DNA from: Octopus vulgaris
Lineage: Eukaryota
DNA length: 64,000 nucleotides
Direction: 5' to 3'
Assembly: GCA_951406725.2 (NCBI GenBank)
Contig: OX597826.1
Coordinates: forward strand, 23,064,001 to 23,128,000
The notes beneath the pieces are model-generated. The model did no database searches and was not told the origin of the DNA. It saw only the letters and a list, made by a program, of their open reading frames with translations. Below, in pieces: positions 35,799-51,201 of this stretch (positions within the stretch are counted from its first letter, which is position 1; every line of letters begins with the position of its first letter). The translations under genes were made by a program, and so were the position numbers.

Positions 35799-38072
35799 TG
35801 TTTTTAGTAGCATGTTTTATTAGCGTGTTTATTTCATTTATTAATTTTTTCCCTCTTACCCTACTCATGGCTGTTGGCCTTGTCTCCGGTCCTTCCTCCC
35901 CTAGATTTTATTGATGTTGTTGTTGAATTTTTTTTTTTTGCCCCACATACTTTTCAGATGTCTGCAGAGCATTCACTACACTTACGTGTCATCTTATATT
36001 TTTTAATCCCCTGGTTTTGTATTCTGCCAGGTAAAAAAAAAAATTATACAAACACAGGAAAGACATGAAAATAACTGAGCTAAAAAAAAAAAGTCGACAG
36101 AAAGAGAAGGGGAGGAGAGAAAAGGGGAGGAGAGAATGGGGGAGGAAAGAGAGACAAGAGAAATGCTGGCAAGAGGAAAAACAAGACGAAGTATGCAGTT
36201 TACTTAAAGTTGGTCAATATCCAAGAGAAGAGATCTGATCTGTTTTGGCGGCAGTTATTATCAATTATCTAATAACATTAGCTTGTTTTCTTCAATATGT
36301 AAATCTAAGGAGCATTCACAACAAAGGCAGATATCAAAAACGAATCGTTTATCGAGAATTTAATATCAATTTCCAGATCAAACTTAACTGATCCACTTCG
36401 TCTCTCTCTTCTTTTATTCTTTTACTTGTTTCAGTCATTTGACTGTAGCCATGCTGGAGCACCACCTTTACTCGAACAAATCGACCCCAGGACTTATTCT
36501 TTGTAAGCCTAGTACTTATTCTACTGATCTCTTTTGCTGAACCGCTAAGTAACGAGGATGTAAACACACCAACATCAGTTGTCAAGCAAGGGTGGTGGTG
36601 GTGGTGGTAGGACAAACAGAGACACAAATAACAAACACACGTATATATATATATGTATGTATACATATATACGTCGGGCTTCTTTCAGTTTCTTTCTACT
36701 AAATCCACTCACAAGACTTTGGTCGGCCTGTGGCTATAGGAGACACTTGCCCAAGGTGCCACACAGTGGGACTGAACCCAGAACCAAAAGGGAGTTTGTG
36801 TGTGGTCATTCGACTTGCTAAAAACAACAGCAAAAAGCTCCTTCAAATCACATTCAACCAGTACATTGAATAATGCTTTATTCTACCTAGAAAAAGGTGA
36901 GATGTTCAGAGCTGGAATGCCTTTCAACATAGGTTTGCTTAATCAGGGTTCATCTGAGATTAAACAATAACAATAACAATAATATCAACATCATCAATAG
37001 TGACAAAGATAGTTGTGAGGATTTTTTGTTTGTTTTATTGTTTGTATAGAAAATTACAAGAAAATAGTTTGTGCTCTTTTTTCTGTTTTTTTTTTTTATT
37101 ATCAACAAGCACCAGCAACATCGGTTTTCAATTAGGCAGATAATTTTCTAACAGCAGCAAACGGACCTTATCTTAGGTCTGAGAAAAAAAATGGGGCTAA
37201 TAATTATAATAATAATAATAATTCGTTCTACTACAAGCACAAGACCTGAAATTTTGGGGAAAGTAGATAGTCAATTACATCAACCCCTGTACTCGACTGG
37301 TACTTATTTCAACGACCCTGAAAGGATGAAAGGCGAAGTTGACAACAGTAGCATTTGAAACCAGAACGTAAAAACAGATGAAATGGTTACTAGGCATTTT
37401 GCCCCCAATGCTAACAATTTTGCCAGCTAGACACCTTAATAATAATAATAATAATAATAATGGCACAAGACTAGCAATTTTAGTGGGATTACATCTACTC
37501 CAGTACATCCCTGGAAAGATGAAAGGCAAAGTTGATCTCAGCAGGATTTGAACTCGGAACCTAAAGAATCAGAAGAAATGCTGCCAAGCATTTTGCCCAA
37601 CAAATCTGCCAGCATACCGCTTTTATTTATACACACACACACACATATATATATATATATGTTGCTAATATAGGCACAATACTAGCAGTTTTGAGGAGAG
37701 GTCTTAGTTGACACCATTCATGCCGGTACATGACTGGTACTTTATTTCAACCCCAAACGATGAAAGACAAAGTTGGCCTTGGTGGAAATTTGAACACAGA
37801 GTGTAAAGAGCTGTAAGAAAGCATGTTTTCTGATGCTTTAAAGATTCCACCAGATAAATATAAAATTTAAGTAAACATTTTTTTTTTTAAAAAAACTGAA
37901 TCAGTCTATAAAAAAAAAAAGGAGGGAGGAAGACATTTTTTTTTTTTCTGTTTCTATTTTCATTTCAAAACATAAAGTTCCCGGTTGGAGTTCTTTGAGA
38001 TTTTTTTTTTTGCTCCTGGAAAAAAAAAAAAGAGAAATTTTACTGACTTATCAAACAAATACACAGCATTAA

Positions 38073-39127
38073 CCCTTTCGTTACCAAACTGCCCAAAGCC
38101 GCCTGAAAAAAATTTTGGTTAATGTGACCAAACCGCCCGTATTTACCTATTCATATTTAAATGAGAATATCAGAGCAAATCTCTTTAGTACATTCGTGAA
38201 AACAAGAGATTATATTTCGTAAACAGTTCATCTACAGTTTTGTACAATGATCGAAGTGTAATTTTAATTCCGTGAATTTTGGGTGATTTTTTTCCAAAAT
38301 TTGTTCCTATTGTGTTTTCAAAATTTGTAATTCTGACAAAAAATGGATACGAATTTCATTATATCAAGCAGCGAGTCAGAATTCGAAGGATTTTCTACTG
38401 AAGACCTTGATAAATCTAACTCTATGACTGAAAAAAAAAAGCATGTGGTATTTGATAATGAATCTGATGTTTCATTTTCCGAAAGTGAAAACGGTGAATC
38501 CGAGAGCTCCGACAGCGATAAAGAAAATGAATTGGCACCTGAATGGAGTGAAAATTTAAAAACTGTTTCTTTCAGTGATTTTTCTGAAGAAACTGGACCA
38601 AGCCACAGACTTTCCCAGGAGAGTAAAGCCTTAGACTATTTCTTTTTACTTTTTCGAATGAGCCTACGGCGGAAACGAACCGTTACGCTGAATGTAAACA
38701 AAGCGAAAGAAAGGATAGTTTGTGGTTTCCCACAACCTTAAATGAAATTAAGACTATTTTGCCATAAATATTATTATGGGTATCAGAAAGTTACCCAGAA
38801 TAACAAATTCTATCGTAAAATTTTGTTGTATACCCAACTGAATATTAGCTAATAACCCATTTTCTATAGCGATGTTTGAACAAAATTTTAATAATTTTAT
38901 ATTTTGTTGAATTTACCTGTATCTACCTGCAATTAGAGTCACTTTGTGACAAAAATTATAGTATAGAATTGGTTGAGAACATTTCATTAAATTATCTTCC
39001 AAAAATCACATTAATATATTGATAAATAAAAAAGTTATAGTTGTTTAATGAAACCAAACTAAATTTATGATTATGGTAGAAATTAATTGAAACACATATT
39101 TTGGTCAGAAATATAGTAACGAAAGGG
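38073..39127 (+). mobile_element. Internally deleted piggyBac
   Basis: TTAA|CCCTTTCGTTAC ... GTAACGAAAGGG|TTAA; ORF 38343-38741 acidic N-terminus with W..F...GP..LDYFFL, followed by ETNRYA and MGIRKLP remnants. Confidence 0.9.
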
Positions 39128-39264
39128 TTAAAGGTGTACAAAGAGATGGCAAGAAATTTGCTTCCCAACTACATGCTTCCAGTTTTAGTCCCACTGCATG
39201 GCACCTTGTGAGTGGATTTGGTAGACAGAAATTAAAAGAAGCTCATTGTTGTGTGTGTGTATAC

Positions 39265-39305
<41 letters not shown>

Positions 39306-39378
39306 TTAATTAGAGATAAAACCACTATTAGGCAAATCAAACAGTGAAAATCATAAGCCAATACATAGAAAAAAATTA

Positions 39379-40541
39379 CTGTATTTGACGGCATATTAGA
39401 CGCACTGGCATATTAGACGCACCCTCATTTCAGCAAAAAAAGTTTTAAGTGTATTTAAGCATATATTGTTGAAAGCAGTCTAGCAGCACATTACAAAAGC
39501 AGAAAACATTGCTGTATAAAAGCAAGCATACAAATTACAATAGTAATCATCTTTTTAACCAGAAAACTCTTCATCATCTTCTACACCAGAAAAGTCTTCA
39601 TCATCTTGCATTTATAACAAATCTATGAAAATCTAATAGTTTTTCTTCATAATCAGCAGGCATTTTTTGTGCAATGGATGTTTTTGTACGCATTGATAAA
39701 CCCTTCCGTTTCATAAACCTGTAACACCAACCTTCTGTATCCCTCGTTGTTCTGCTACTCTCATGGCCTCATGAATTATCATTTTGGTAGATACACTTCT
39801 CCCTGAGTTTCTCTCATCAAGCACCCACATTTTTATATCATCCTCAAGTTCTGGCCAATGTGGGGCTGGGCAACAAAGGTTATGTTTACCTTTCTGTGCT
39901 CTCATCAGCTGCTCTTCTTGCTGTCGCCAGACACGTATCATTATTTCTGTAGGTGGTGGCCCAAAAACCCTTGCTGCTGCTCTATTTCCATGCTCCTTGG
40001 CATAATCTACCACTCGTAGTTTGTAGATTTTGTAGCTTGATCTTTTTGCTGCCATAGCCGTGAGGGTGCTTGTACTGTTGTAGTGTGTTTTGTTATGATC
40101 ATAAACTTTGTTGTACCAAGATATCCAACCTACCTCCGTATATATACGAACTCGCAACGATCATGTGCATTCCGTAGTTTTACTCCTCACCGTCAGATGG
40201 CATCGAGTTAGGGTTCCGATCAGCTGATATTAGTAAACGTGTGTCATGGATTGCAGCCTAACAATTTACGGTAGATTGCTTTGATTTTTACGATAATTCG
40301 TATTTTAAAGTAATAATACTGGTAATAATAATAATACTAGCAATAAAATAATGATGCATGAGTACGGAAAATATCATTAAGGCGTTAGCGTAGGTAGAAA
40401 TACTTATCGTAAGCTAGGTTAGTGAGCGTCTGGGAGAAGATTAACCTATGGGAGGGTCTTGACTTCGCATATTAGACACAGGGCGATTTTTTGAGCCAAA
40501 TTTTTTGGAAAAAAGCGCGTCCTATATGCCGTCAAATACGG
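39379..40541 (-). mobile_element. Internally deleted pogo-family transposon
   Basis: TA|CTGTATTTGACGGCATATTAGACGC ... GCGTCCTATATGCCGTCAAATACGG|TA; ORF with Brinker-like DBD (YKLRVVDYAKEHGNRAAARVF) and CENP-B HTH (WPELED..WV..R..GRSVS); no DDE domain. Confidence 0.88.
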
Positions 40542-40635
40542 TAATTAAAAAAATATAAAATATAAATATAAAAAATATAAAATTCCAAATTAAAATATTT
40601 AAATTAAAGTTAAATTAAGTTTATATATATATATA

Positions 40636-41050
40636 GGCGTAGGAGTGGCTGCGTGGTAAGTAGCTTACTTATGAACCACATGATTCCGGGTTCAGTTCCA
40701 CAGCGTGACACCTCGGGCAAGTGTCTTCTACTATATATTTCTTTACTACCCACAAGGGGCTAAACATAGAGGGGACAAACAAGGACAGACAAAGGAATTA
40801 AGTCAATTACATCGACCCCAGTGTGAAACTGGTACTTTATTTATCGACCCCAAGAGGATGAAAGGCAAAGTCGACCTCGGCGGAATTTGAACTCAGAACG
40901 TAACGACAGACGAAATACCGCTAAGCATTTCACCCGACGCGCTAACGTTTCTGCCAGCTCGCCGCCCCGAGTGTCTTCTACTATAGCCTTGGGCCGACCA
41001 AAGCTTTGTGAGTGGATTTGGTAGATGGAAACTGAAAGAAGCCCATCGTA

Positions 41051-41109
<59 letters not shown>

Positions 41110-41320
41110 GTTTGTGTGTCTGTGTTTGTCCCCCCAACATTGCTTGACAACTGATGCTGGTGTGTTTACATCTCCGTAACTTAGTGGTTCGGCTAAAGAG
41201 ACCGATAGAATAAGTACTAGGCTTACAAAGAATAAGCCCTGGGGTCAATTTGTTTGACTAAAGGCAGTGCTCCAGCATGGCCACAGTCAAATGACTGAAA
41301 CAAGTAAAAGAGTAAAGAGT
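40636..41320 (+). mobile_element. CORE-like SINE with a Nin-like SINE nested in reverse (40736-40967)
   Basis: 16 bp TSD AGTGTCTTCTACTATA at 40720-40735 and 40970-40985. Confidence 0.85.
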
Positions 41321-41869
41321 ATATATATACATGTGTGTGTGTCTTTGTCCCTCACCATCATGACATGACAATTGATGGTGTCAGGTGGTAGCAGGGCCTG
41401 AAATTTTGGGGGCAGTGGTTAGATACATTGACCCAGTGCATATCTGGTACTTATTTCATCAACACTAAGTCAACCTGAGCAAAATTTGAACTCAGAACTG
41501 AAAGCAAAATGAGCAAAATGTCACTAAGCAGTTTGTCTGATGAGCTAATGATTCTGCCAGCTCTCAAACTTAATAACAATAACACAATAACAACAAGAGC
41601 ACTCAGAGAGCGCATGCCTCTGCCAAGGCAACACCAACGTTCTCTCAACAATTAGCCAGAGATGATTTTTAAAATGAGAATATCTGAAATAAACTTGCCT
41701 GCTTTCACAAACAAGAATACTAAATCCATCCAGTGGTTCTTGAGATATCTTGTCCACGGACAAAAAGAACAAACAAACACAATTGAAAACAATACCGCCG
41801 CCTTAGCAAAGACAGAGGTAATAATAATAATGATTTCAAATTTTGGCACAAGGCCAGCAATATCAGGGG

Positions 41870-42685
41870 AGGGGGTGAGCCATTTACATCAACCCCAGTA
41901 CTCAGCTGGTACTAATTTTATCAATCCCAAAAGGATGAAAGGCAAAGCGAACCTCAGCAGAATTTGAACTCAGAACGTAAAGACAGATGAAATACCACTA
42001 AGCATTTTGCCTGGTGCAGTAACAATTCTGCCAGTTCTTTTCTATTCAAGGCACAAGGCCTGAAAGTTTTGGGGAGGGGGGCAATCAATTAGATCAAGCC
42101 CAGTATGCAACTGGTAGTTAATTTATTGAACCCAAAAGGATGAAAGGTAAAGTCAATCTCGACAGAATTTGAAGTCAGAGCACAGCGGCAGATGAAATAC
42201 TGCGAAGCATTTTGCCCAGAGTGCCAATGGTTTTGCCAGCTCACTGCCTTTTTAATAATAATAATCCTTTATACTACAGGCGCTAGGGCTGATATTTTCG
42301 GGGGGGGGACTAGTCAATTATATCAACCCCAGTGTTTCACTGGTACTTAATTTATCAACCCTGAAAGGATGAAAGGTAAAGTCAACCTTAGCAGAATTTG
42401 AACTCAGAATGTAAAGACAGATGAAATGCCACTAAGCATTTTGCCTGGCACAGTAACAATTCTGCCAGTTCTTTTCTACTCTAGGCATAAGGTCCAAAAT
42501 TTGGAGGGGAGGGGGCCAGTCGATTAGATCAACCCCAATACACAACTGGTACTTAATTTATCAACCCTGAAAGGTTGAAAAGCAAAGTCAACTTCAGCGG
42601 AATTTGAACTCAGAACATAAAGGCAGACGAAATACCATGAAGCATTTCGCCGGCGTGCTAACGATTCTGCCAGTTTACCACCTTT
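41870..42685 (-). mobile_element. Cluster of four head-to-tail Nin-like SINE copies
   Basis: Repeated (AA)AGG(A/T)TGAAA..AAAG...GAATTTGAA(C/G)TCAGA blocks at ~41930, 42135, 42365, 42570. Confidence 0.7.
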
Positions 42686-44945
42686 ATAACAATAATAATA
42701 ATGCCATCATTATCAACACCAGTAGAGTTTCAACACCCACAGGGCATCAATATTTACTTACCTTAACAATCAATATCTGGAATATTAGGAAATTAAATTT
42801 TATTTGTTTAGTTTTCCCCCTCATTTATGAACAGTTAAGACTTTTCTTTTAGTTTTGCCATCAATGCAGCATTTTCTTTCTTCATCTGTTGATAGTCGTT
42901 TGTAATCTTCTCCATGTTAGTTTTAACAGATTTTTGGCACTCATTCTCAATCTGCAAAATAAACAAAAACGATTGAAACAAAAATGAACATTGCATTTTC
43001 TGATTGAATAATGTTGTGCATTTGAATATGTTTTATTTGATGCTCTACCGATTCTGGCAAAGTAATGGCAGTCACATCTCATATAAATACTGAACCTGTA
43101 AACTAGGAGTGGCAGACATGTGGACCTGAAACAGACTTGGAATGGAAAGGGCACATATGTCATTGATGAGACCACAAATGGCAAAGAAAGGACGTTGAGA
43201 TGCAGACCTTATTGGTTGGCTGAACAATTAATCAAACAAGCAATTAATTGGTTAAATGGTTAAACAACTGACTAATAAAAATAAAGAAGTGAAACAGAAC
43301 AAGTGCATCATCATCACCATCATGCAATATCTGTTTTCCATGCTAGCATGGGTTCAATGGTTTCACCAGAAGCTGGCAAGCCAAAGAGCTGCACCAGACT
43401 CCAGTCTGACTTAGCATGGCTTCTATGGCTGGATGCCCTTCCTTTACAGAGTGTGCTGGGTACTTTTATGTGGCACCACATGAATGCTCTTATGTGGAAC
43501 CAGCACAAGTGCTTTTTACATGGCACCAACACACGACTCTTGCAGGTCAGTCTTCTTCCCCAGTGTAAGTGGCCTTAGCACTTCTGCAACAGAACACAGA
43601 TCTTCTTGAGTACAGCAAGGCACCAAGAATCTCGGTCTTTTGTTATCTCATCTGAAAGCTTCAGCTACCAGAGATCCATGTGTTTATTATTTGCTTAGTG
43701 ACCCACCCACCCACCCACCCAATACTACCCTGAGATACAGCAAAATATGTTTCAATACACAACTTCACATCAAGAACCTTGCAGACCAAATACTAAAGCT
43801 GAAATATTTAAAAATTACTTTTTTAGTAATGGCCCAAACCTATTTCTTTCCACGCCTCCCTCCCAAAATTTATTTTTAAAAATAATTAACATTGAAATGA
43901 AATTACAATTACAAAATACCATAAAGACATAAAAAACAAAATATCTTTGTTTTCTTCTCATCTATTACTCGTGACATGGCTGGAAAATAGACAGGAAGAT
44001 TGTAGCTTGGATGTAATTGAATATAGGTCTGTTTACTCAGTTATGGCTTACTCAGGGTTAAACAACTGTTACAATTTCATATATATACAATTTCATATAT
44101 ATCATCATCATTGTTTAAGGTCTGTTTTCCATGCTGGCATGGGTTGGATGGTTTGACTAAGGTCTGGAGAGTCAGTGGCTGCACCAGACTCCAATCTGAT
44201 CTGGCAATATTTCTACAGCTGGATGCCCTTCCTAATGCCAACCACTCCAAGAGTGTAGTGGAGAGAGAGCGAGAGAAGCCTTGCTGGTGCTGGTGCCATG
44301 AAAAGCACTCAATCTAATCTATAAAGTGGTTGGTGTTAGGAAGGGCATCCAGCCATAAAAATTATGCCAAAACAGTGGAATCTGGTGCAATCCTCTGGCA
44401 TGCCACCTCCTATCAAGCTGTCCAGCCCATGCCAGCATGGAAAATGGACTTATGATGATGATACATACATATGCACACACTCATACATACATATGTAAAA
44501 ACCATGCCACAACAGACAGTGGTGCTTGGTGCAGTCCTCTGGCTTGCCAGCTCCTGTCAAGCTGTCCAACTTATGCCAGCATGGAAAACAAGAGTATGAT
44601 GGTGATGATGAAGCTGATGGTGATATACATTGAGCTTTTGTATTTGGTTTGTAAGATTCTTGATGGGAACTTGTGTGTTGAAACATATTTTGTTGCTTCA
44701 CCCACCACACGACCTCTTTTGCCATAGCCACTAAAGGTGGGTCACGGGGTGACCCCATGATGGATTTGGCCGAAAGTCGGATTCCTCCTACATGTGACAA
44801 CAGCTATTCGACATAACGCCAATAATAAATAATATCATCATAATCATTATCATCAACAGCACACACACACATATATATATATTCACGCATACATTTATAC
44901 ACATATATGTGTATGCAGGTGTATCTGTGTGTATGTGTGTATGTT

Positions 44946-44998
<53 letters not shown>

Positions 44999-44999
<1 letters not shown>

Positions 45000-45308
45000 G
45001 AGGCGCAATGGCCCAGTCGTTAGGGCAGCGAACTCGCAGTCGTAGGATCGCAATTTCGATTCCCAGACCGGGCGTTGTGAGTGTTTATTGAGCGAAAACA
45101 CCTAAAGCTCCACGAGGCTCCTGCAGGGGGTGGTGGCAATCCCTGCTGTACTCTTTCGCCACAACTTTCTCTCACTCTTTCTTCTGTTGGCCTGCTTGCT
45201 TAGCCAGCAGGGTGGTGTCATTTGAAGGTTAGAACAATGCGAAACGCATTGTGACCAGCGATGTGTAGCAACATCTGATAACCTGGTCAGTCACAGTGAT
45301 CACGGTGA
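44999..45308 (+). mobile_element. Third tRNA-derived SINE family
   Basis: GGAGGCGCAATGGCCCAGTCGTTAGGGCAGCG...TTCGATTCCC (A/B-box like), inserted in (TA)n. Confidence 0.7.
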
Positions 45309-47757
45309 TATATATATATATATATAGTCTGTCTTTTGCTGCCAACTAGGATAGTAGTTCACTAACCTCCTTCCGCTATCTTTGAACCATTATTAACACA
45401 AAGCAGCAATCAACAGCTCTGCACTTCAAAGACTAATTACATCACTTAGATAATGAAACTCACCTGTTGTTTTGTTTTCCTAACAACAATACATCAGGTA
45501 TGTCTAGAGTTGTTATTCTTTCCCACCACCCCTACAAACACCACCACCACCACCACCCTCATCTCTACGTGTGTCTGTGTGTACTGTATGCACAAATGTG
45601 TGTTTGTGTGTGTATTGTATGTACATGTGTGTGTGTGCGCATCTGGCATAACACACTGAATCCCTTTCCACCACCACTGCCATCACCATCTCCAACATTA
45701 CCACCCCCACCAACAAAACCCACCATCATCACCAATGCCACCACCACGATCACCACAGCTGCTGCCACTGCCGCCACCATCACCAGTAAACATCGCCACC
45801 ACCACCACCCCAGTGTCTCTTCATACTTGCCTTTTCTCTTCTTACATAGCCATAAATCTTAAGTTGGTCTAAAGCATTCCAGGTTCTCAATATGCAGCTT
45901 CTTGTTATTGTTGTTGTATTTTAGCATTTTTATTTGTGTTTGTTTTCTTTGCATCTGTGTGTGTGTGTGTTTTCATAGTTGGTAAATCAGTGAGTTGTTG
46001 GTGGTTGCTCTATTTTCCAATTCCTTTTCGCTTGTTTTTTTTTTATTTCATTTTTTAAAATTTTATATACTACATTTTATAAACGATAGCGTCGATGGCA
46101 TTGTGGGTTGCAGAGGTTCCGAAACAGGGCAATTACTGGCTTGCTTCCTCCAGCACACATCTATAGTTTAATATTATGCTCCGTTATAAGGCGTTGTTGC
46201 AACATTCACCAAAGGAAGCTGCCTAACATGTTTCTCATTATCAACACAATACAACGACCGACTGATTAATGATTTCAAACACAAAATCTTGAAAGAAGGC
46301 TTGGCACCTGTGAACTTGTTGCAAGACTCGCAATAAGTTAAGAGCTGTTGCAGTCAACCTCTGAAGTAAGCTAACTGATAATACTAAACTAATGAGGGAA
46401 GGAAACAGGCCTCAAGTATGTGACTATTTGAGATGCTAGATATAGCAGCTGGATCTCTCTCAAATTTCCCTCAAACTGTTCCTGGTCATTACAGAAAATA
46501 AATAAATAAAATAAACAAATAAATAGATAAAATAAATAAATAAATAATGCAGCCCTTGATGTATTGTTTTAGATACTGTATTCCCTTGGCCTTTGCACAT
46601 GGAAACAGTCAAAATCATCATCATCATCCAGTGTTTTAAATCTGGGTTTTGTTCTCGTTAACGGGGGTGGCTGGATCTACCTCAATGCCATAGCAACCGA
46701 GGTAGACAGGTGCAGCCCATCTTTGGGCTGGCTGCTTGTGCCCATTCTCCTTTGCTTTTTTGGAGCTGGATTTTCTACAGGGAGCATGCCCTTGCTTACC
46801 CACAACCTCAGTTTCTAGACGTGAGTGGTCTCAAGACCAAAGCCCCTACCACAATTTTTAAGAAATGTAGTGGGGAAACTAGCTCAGGAAGACAGGGACG
46901 CTACTCCCTGAGACCCCTTTCAGAGCCTCCCTACTAAGATGTATGCAGGACAAGAATGTCACTGCTGGCCAAGTATGTCAAAGCAAAGACACATGGAAAC
47001 AAATACACACTTGGTCACACACGCACACAAGCCAGGAACTTTTCAGCCCCCGCCCCTTGTGTGTGTGTAGACACACACACACACACACATATGTATATAT
47101 GAAAGTGGGTTGTATAAGAGCTGGATGCAGAGAATTGTGCAGCTATCAGAGAAAGCTCCTCCAGCGGACTTGGCTATCAGTCCACATAGCAATCAGTGTA
47201 ATATAGAATGACCATGTAACTCAATAGCTAGAAAATGCAGTTGATGAAATTATTCCACAAAGAATAGATAAAACCAAAAATCAGGTAGTATGAGAGGTGA
47301 ATAAATATTTCTCTAACCACTTAACTTCCATACAGTAGTCACAAGGTTTGGGCCTCATAGAGGCAAAGTGGCTAAAGTGTTGGACCTCACAAAAGGAATG
47401 GCCAAGACCTTTGGCATTATGTCATGCTTGAGAAGAAGACCCATCAAGCTGAGCAAAATTGCAGTTGTGGCAGATACCAGTGTCATGCAAATTGGCAGAT
47501 AAATGCACCCCAGTATCATGTAAATGGCACCTGTGCCAATGGCACGTAAAAGTACCCACTACACTCTTGGAGTGGTTGGCATTACAGAGGGGAACCAGCT
47601 GTAGAAAACCATGCCAAATCAGACTGAAGCCTGGTGCAGCCCACCAGCATGCCAGCCAGGCCAAACCGTCCAACCCATGCCAGCATGGACAACAGATGTT
47701 ATATGATGATGATGATACACAAATATATACACACAAATGAATGCAAGTATATGTGTG

Positions 47758-47823
<66 letters not shown>

Positions 47824-48079
47824 AACACACACACACACACACACACGAATGAATGTATCTTTTACTTGTTTCAGTCATTGCACTGAGGCCATGCTGGAGC
47901 TCCACCTTGAAAGGTTTAGTTGAACAAACTAACCCCAGTACATATTTTTAAGTATGGTACTTGTTCTGAACCACTAAGTTATAGGAACGTAAACAAACCA
48001 GCACCAGCTATCAAACAGTGAGGGAACAAACACAGTCACATATGAATGCATGCATGTGTGCGTGCGTACACACACATGC

Positions 48080-48135
<56 letters not shown>

Positions 48136-48599
48136 ATACAGATAAATGTAAAAGAAAGAGTGTGGAATCATTAAGAGTTGGATTGGGTAAGGGTTGTTTG
48201 TAGGAGGGGGTGGTCATGTGTACATGAGTACCTTTATATATATGAGTTTGTATGTATGTGTGTGTATAGGACAGTGTATATGACTGAATCATTGCATGGT
48301 TGATTACATGTATGAATGAATGTAATATAGTGTGTGTGTATTTATGAGTAAAGGAATCTGTAGGAATAAATGTCTATATGTATTTATAATTAAAAGAATA
48401 TACACGTTTTAACCACACTTCTGTGATCACACACACATGATAGTTTATATCTGTGACAGAATGTGGGATAGGTTATGTGTAGATATGTCTATATGATAAA
48501 ATCTGTGTAATTGTATAAAGGTGACAGCATATAGGTTTGAAATGTACACACACACATTATCAACTGATAGGACCAACCCAAGCAACAAGAAAAAGGGAT

Positions 48600-48833
48600 G
48601 ATAGAACAATGACGATGATGATATGCATGGGGGTGCTGAAAAGTGCAAGGGTATCATGAAAGGCCTAGTTGGAGGTCCAGCCTTCCAAGTTCTTTTACAG
48701 GGCATAGAGAAACTGAAGGACCACTGCAATAAGTGTGTGAATCTGAGACGGGAATCTGTGGAATAAAATCATAATTAACACTGATCCTCCTGTATTTTCT
48801 TTTACTCAAAGCCAGGAACTTTTCAGCACCCAC
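48600..48833 (+). mobile_element. Mariner 3' end remnant
   Basis: GIEKL..HCNKCVNLRRESVE* type C-terminus; TIR-like CCAGGAACTTTTCAGCACCC (also at ~47030). Confidence 0.55.
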
Positions 48834-51137
48834 TCATGAATATATATGCACACACACACACACATATGGAAACACACATGTGTATGTGTACTTGAAGTCA
48901 TGCATGTGTGTATGTATTGTGTGTTCAAAGCCATCATGTTCAAAGCCATCACTATATTATGTGAACATGCAGTATTTATGATATCAATAGCCACGTAACC
49001 GTGACAGTCACCAGCTGGGTGAGTGTGTGTGTTGTATGTGTGTGTGAGACAGACACAGACAGACTGACAGGGTGGTGGTGCTGGGGGTGGATTATGTGAA
49101 ATCATATAAGACATGTGAGTGTGTGTCAGAGGGTATGTACATAGGAGACAGCGAATCAGAATGGGTGAGCATATGTGTGTGAGTGTGTGTGTGTGTATCC
49201 ATTGGTGTTTATGAGAGAGGCAGTATGTGTGGTGTTTGTGCATGTGTCTGTGTTTGTGGGTGTGTGCATGTGACCGTGTTTGTGTGTGTGTGTATGTCTG
49301 CACGTGCGTTTAAGTGCATGTGATGCAAACAAGAAATAGAACAAGAAAGATAAAGAACAAAAGGGAGAGCAAGGGAGATGATGTTGATGATGATGATGAT
49401 GATGATGAAGGAGATGATGATGAAAGAGGTGATGGTGGAAGGAGAACTATGAGAATAAAAGAAGGAAGATTAAGAGATATGTCCTGGTTTAAATACAAAC
49501 ACTGTTCTGTATATTTTATTAACTGATGGTCTGATAAACACCAAGCTCTTCCCACCTCTGCACACACATCAATACACACACACACACACATATGCACACA
49601 CACACACACACACATGTATGCACAATGTTATCTATTTGACAGAAACGAATAATTAATTAGACTTCTGATATTTATTTCAGCAAAGACATGATTAATGTAT
49701 TTTTTTTTTAAAACCCAAAAGAACAAGGAACTATAAAACACATCAGCATCATTATCATCAACAACATTACTACCACCATTATCATCATCACTTTTATCTA
49801 CTGCTTACCATTGTAGCACCATGTTAACTTGATTGCCACCACCACCACCACCATCATCAGCACCACCATCCCCATAAACACCAAGGAAGCCATCAACATC
49901 AAATAGAACCAACAGGCCTTCTATAGAAAAAGTAGTCAAATTTCCCTCAAAGCATACCCTACCACCACCAAGAAATGACAGGAAATGCTCAGCCACAAAC
50001 AGACTGGTGAGAGCCTTATCTGAAGTGGGAGCACAGGCAGATAAATAAGAGCCTAACAGATAAGGAAGTGCCTGGCAGATTAGCAAGGACCTGATAGGTT
50101 AGCGAGGGCATGGCAGATTAGCAAAGGAGTGACCTTGAAGCAGTCTCGTTATAGGGCTTGTAACCATCCTGGATAGAGATCTCCTATTATTTGCTGCACC
50201 GTGGATGACAGGAGAAACTAAGACTATCAGTATCCAGGATAATATAGCCCTGAACAAGGCAAGATGGTCATGGCTGGAATGATCAGAAATCTGTCAAATC
50301 AGAGCAGTCCTGAGACTAAGCAACAATGACATTACTACCAACACCATTATTATCATCAAATCAACACCATAGCCGCAATGATTACCTAGATATCATTACC
50401 AAACGATTGAACACACACAGGTATATAAGTAGAACAGGAACTTCTATGGATGAGTGCCTTTTACTAGACATAAACAGACTCCAAGTTGAACTGGTTCCCA
50501 GACAATGCCTTTGTGATTGTATAAAATAAGTTGTAAAACAATCTTCCTTAACAGGAAAATACTGCATTCTAATTCTGTCTATTTACCTATCATTAATCTT
50601 ATTCACACAAGGAAGTCACTGGAAAACCATGAGAAAATTGCTCAAGCTTGAAAGAAATTATTATCTACACCACAGTCATTAGTGTTAATTTCACTGTATT
50701 CAATCTCCATTGTGTTCTACAACTGTCTGTCCATTGATGCAACATATCCAACCACTAGAAAATTAGGTGCCTCTTCTATTTTCCTTCTGTCACATTTGTT
50801 TGCTTGATCAATTCTTTGCCTAACTATCTGCTCAGATATCTCAAAAATTACTCAAGTTAGGAAGCAAAGAAAATATATATAAAAAAATTCTTTTTTTTTT
50901 CCTTATTAAGTGAGTTGTTCAGGTGATATTAACAATAGTCCAGCTCAATTCAATGTGTCATATATACTATAATGAGTCATATATACTATCTAATTCCTGG
51001 TCTATACCATCTATGCAAATACTAACAAAATTCTCTTAGTAGTCAAATTAAAGAGTTAACAACAGTGTTACTACTTTTGCTTTTAAAATAAAATACAAAA
51101 GTAATCATACTGTAACTTATGAGCTAATACATGTGTA

Positions 51138-51198
<61 letters not shown>

Positions 51199-51201
<3 letters not shown>

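Noticed and set aside
44999-45075. tRNA gene
   Set aside because: tRNA-like head continues into a SINE body, the cloverleaf is imperfect and there is no poly-T terminator.
45455-45500. Possible 16 nt minus-strand microexon (TAG|GAAAACAAAACAACAG|GTGAGT)
   Set aside because: Splice-like motifs alone are expected by chance in 64 kb; needs RNA-seq.
46050-46230. Possible host exon after a pyrimidine tract (VDGIVGCRGSETGQLLACF...)
   Set aside because: Short, no recognisable homology, no strong donor.
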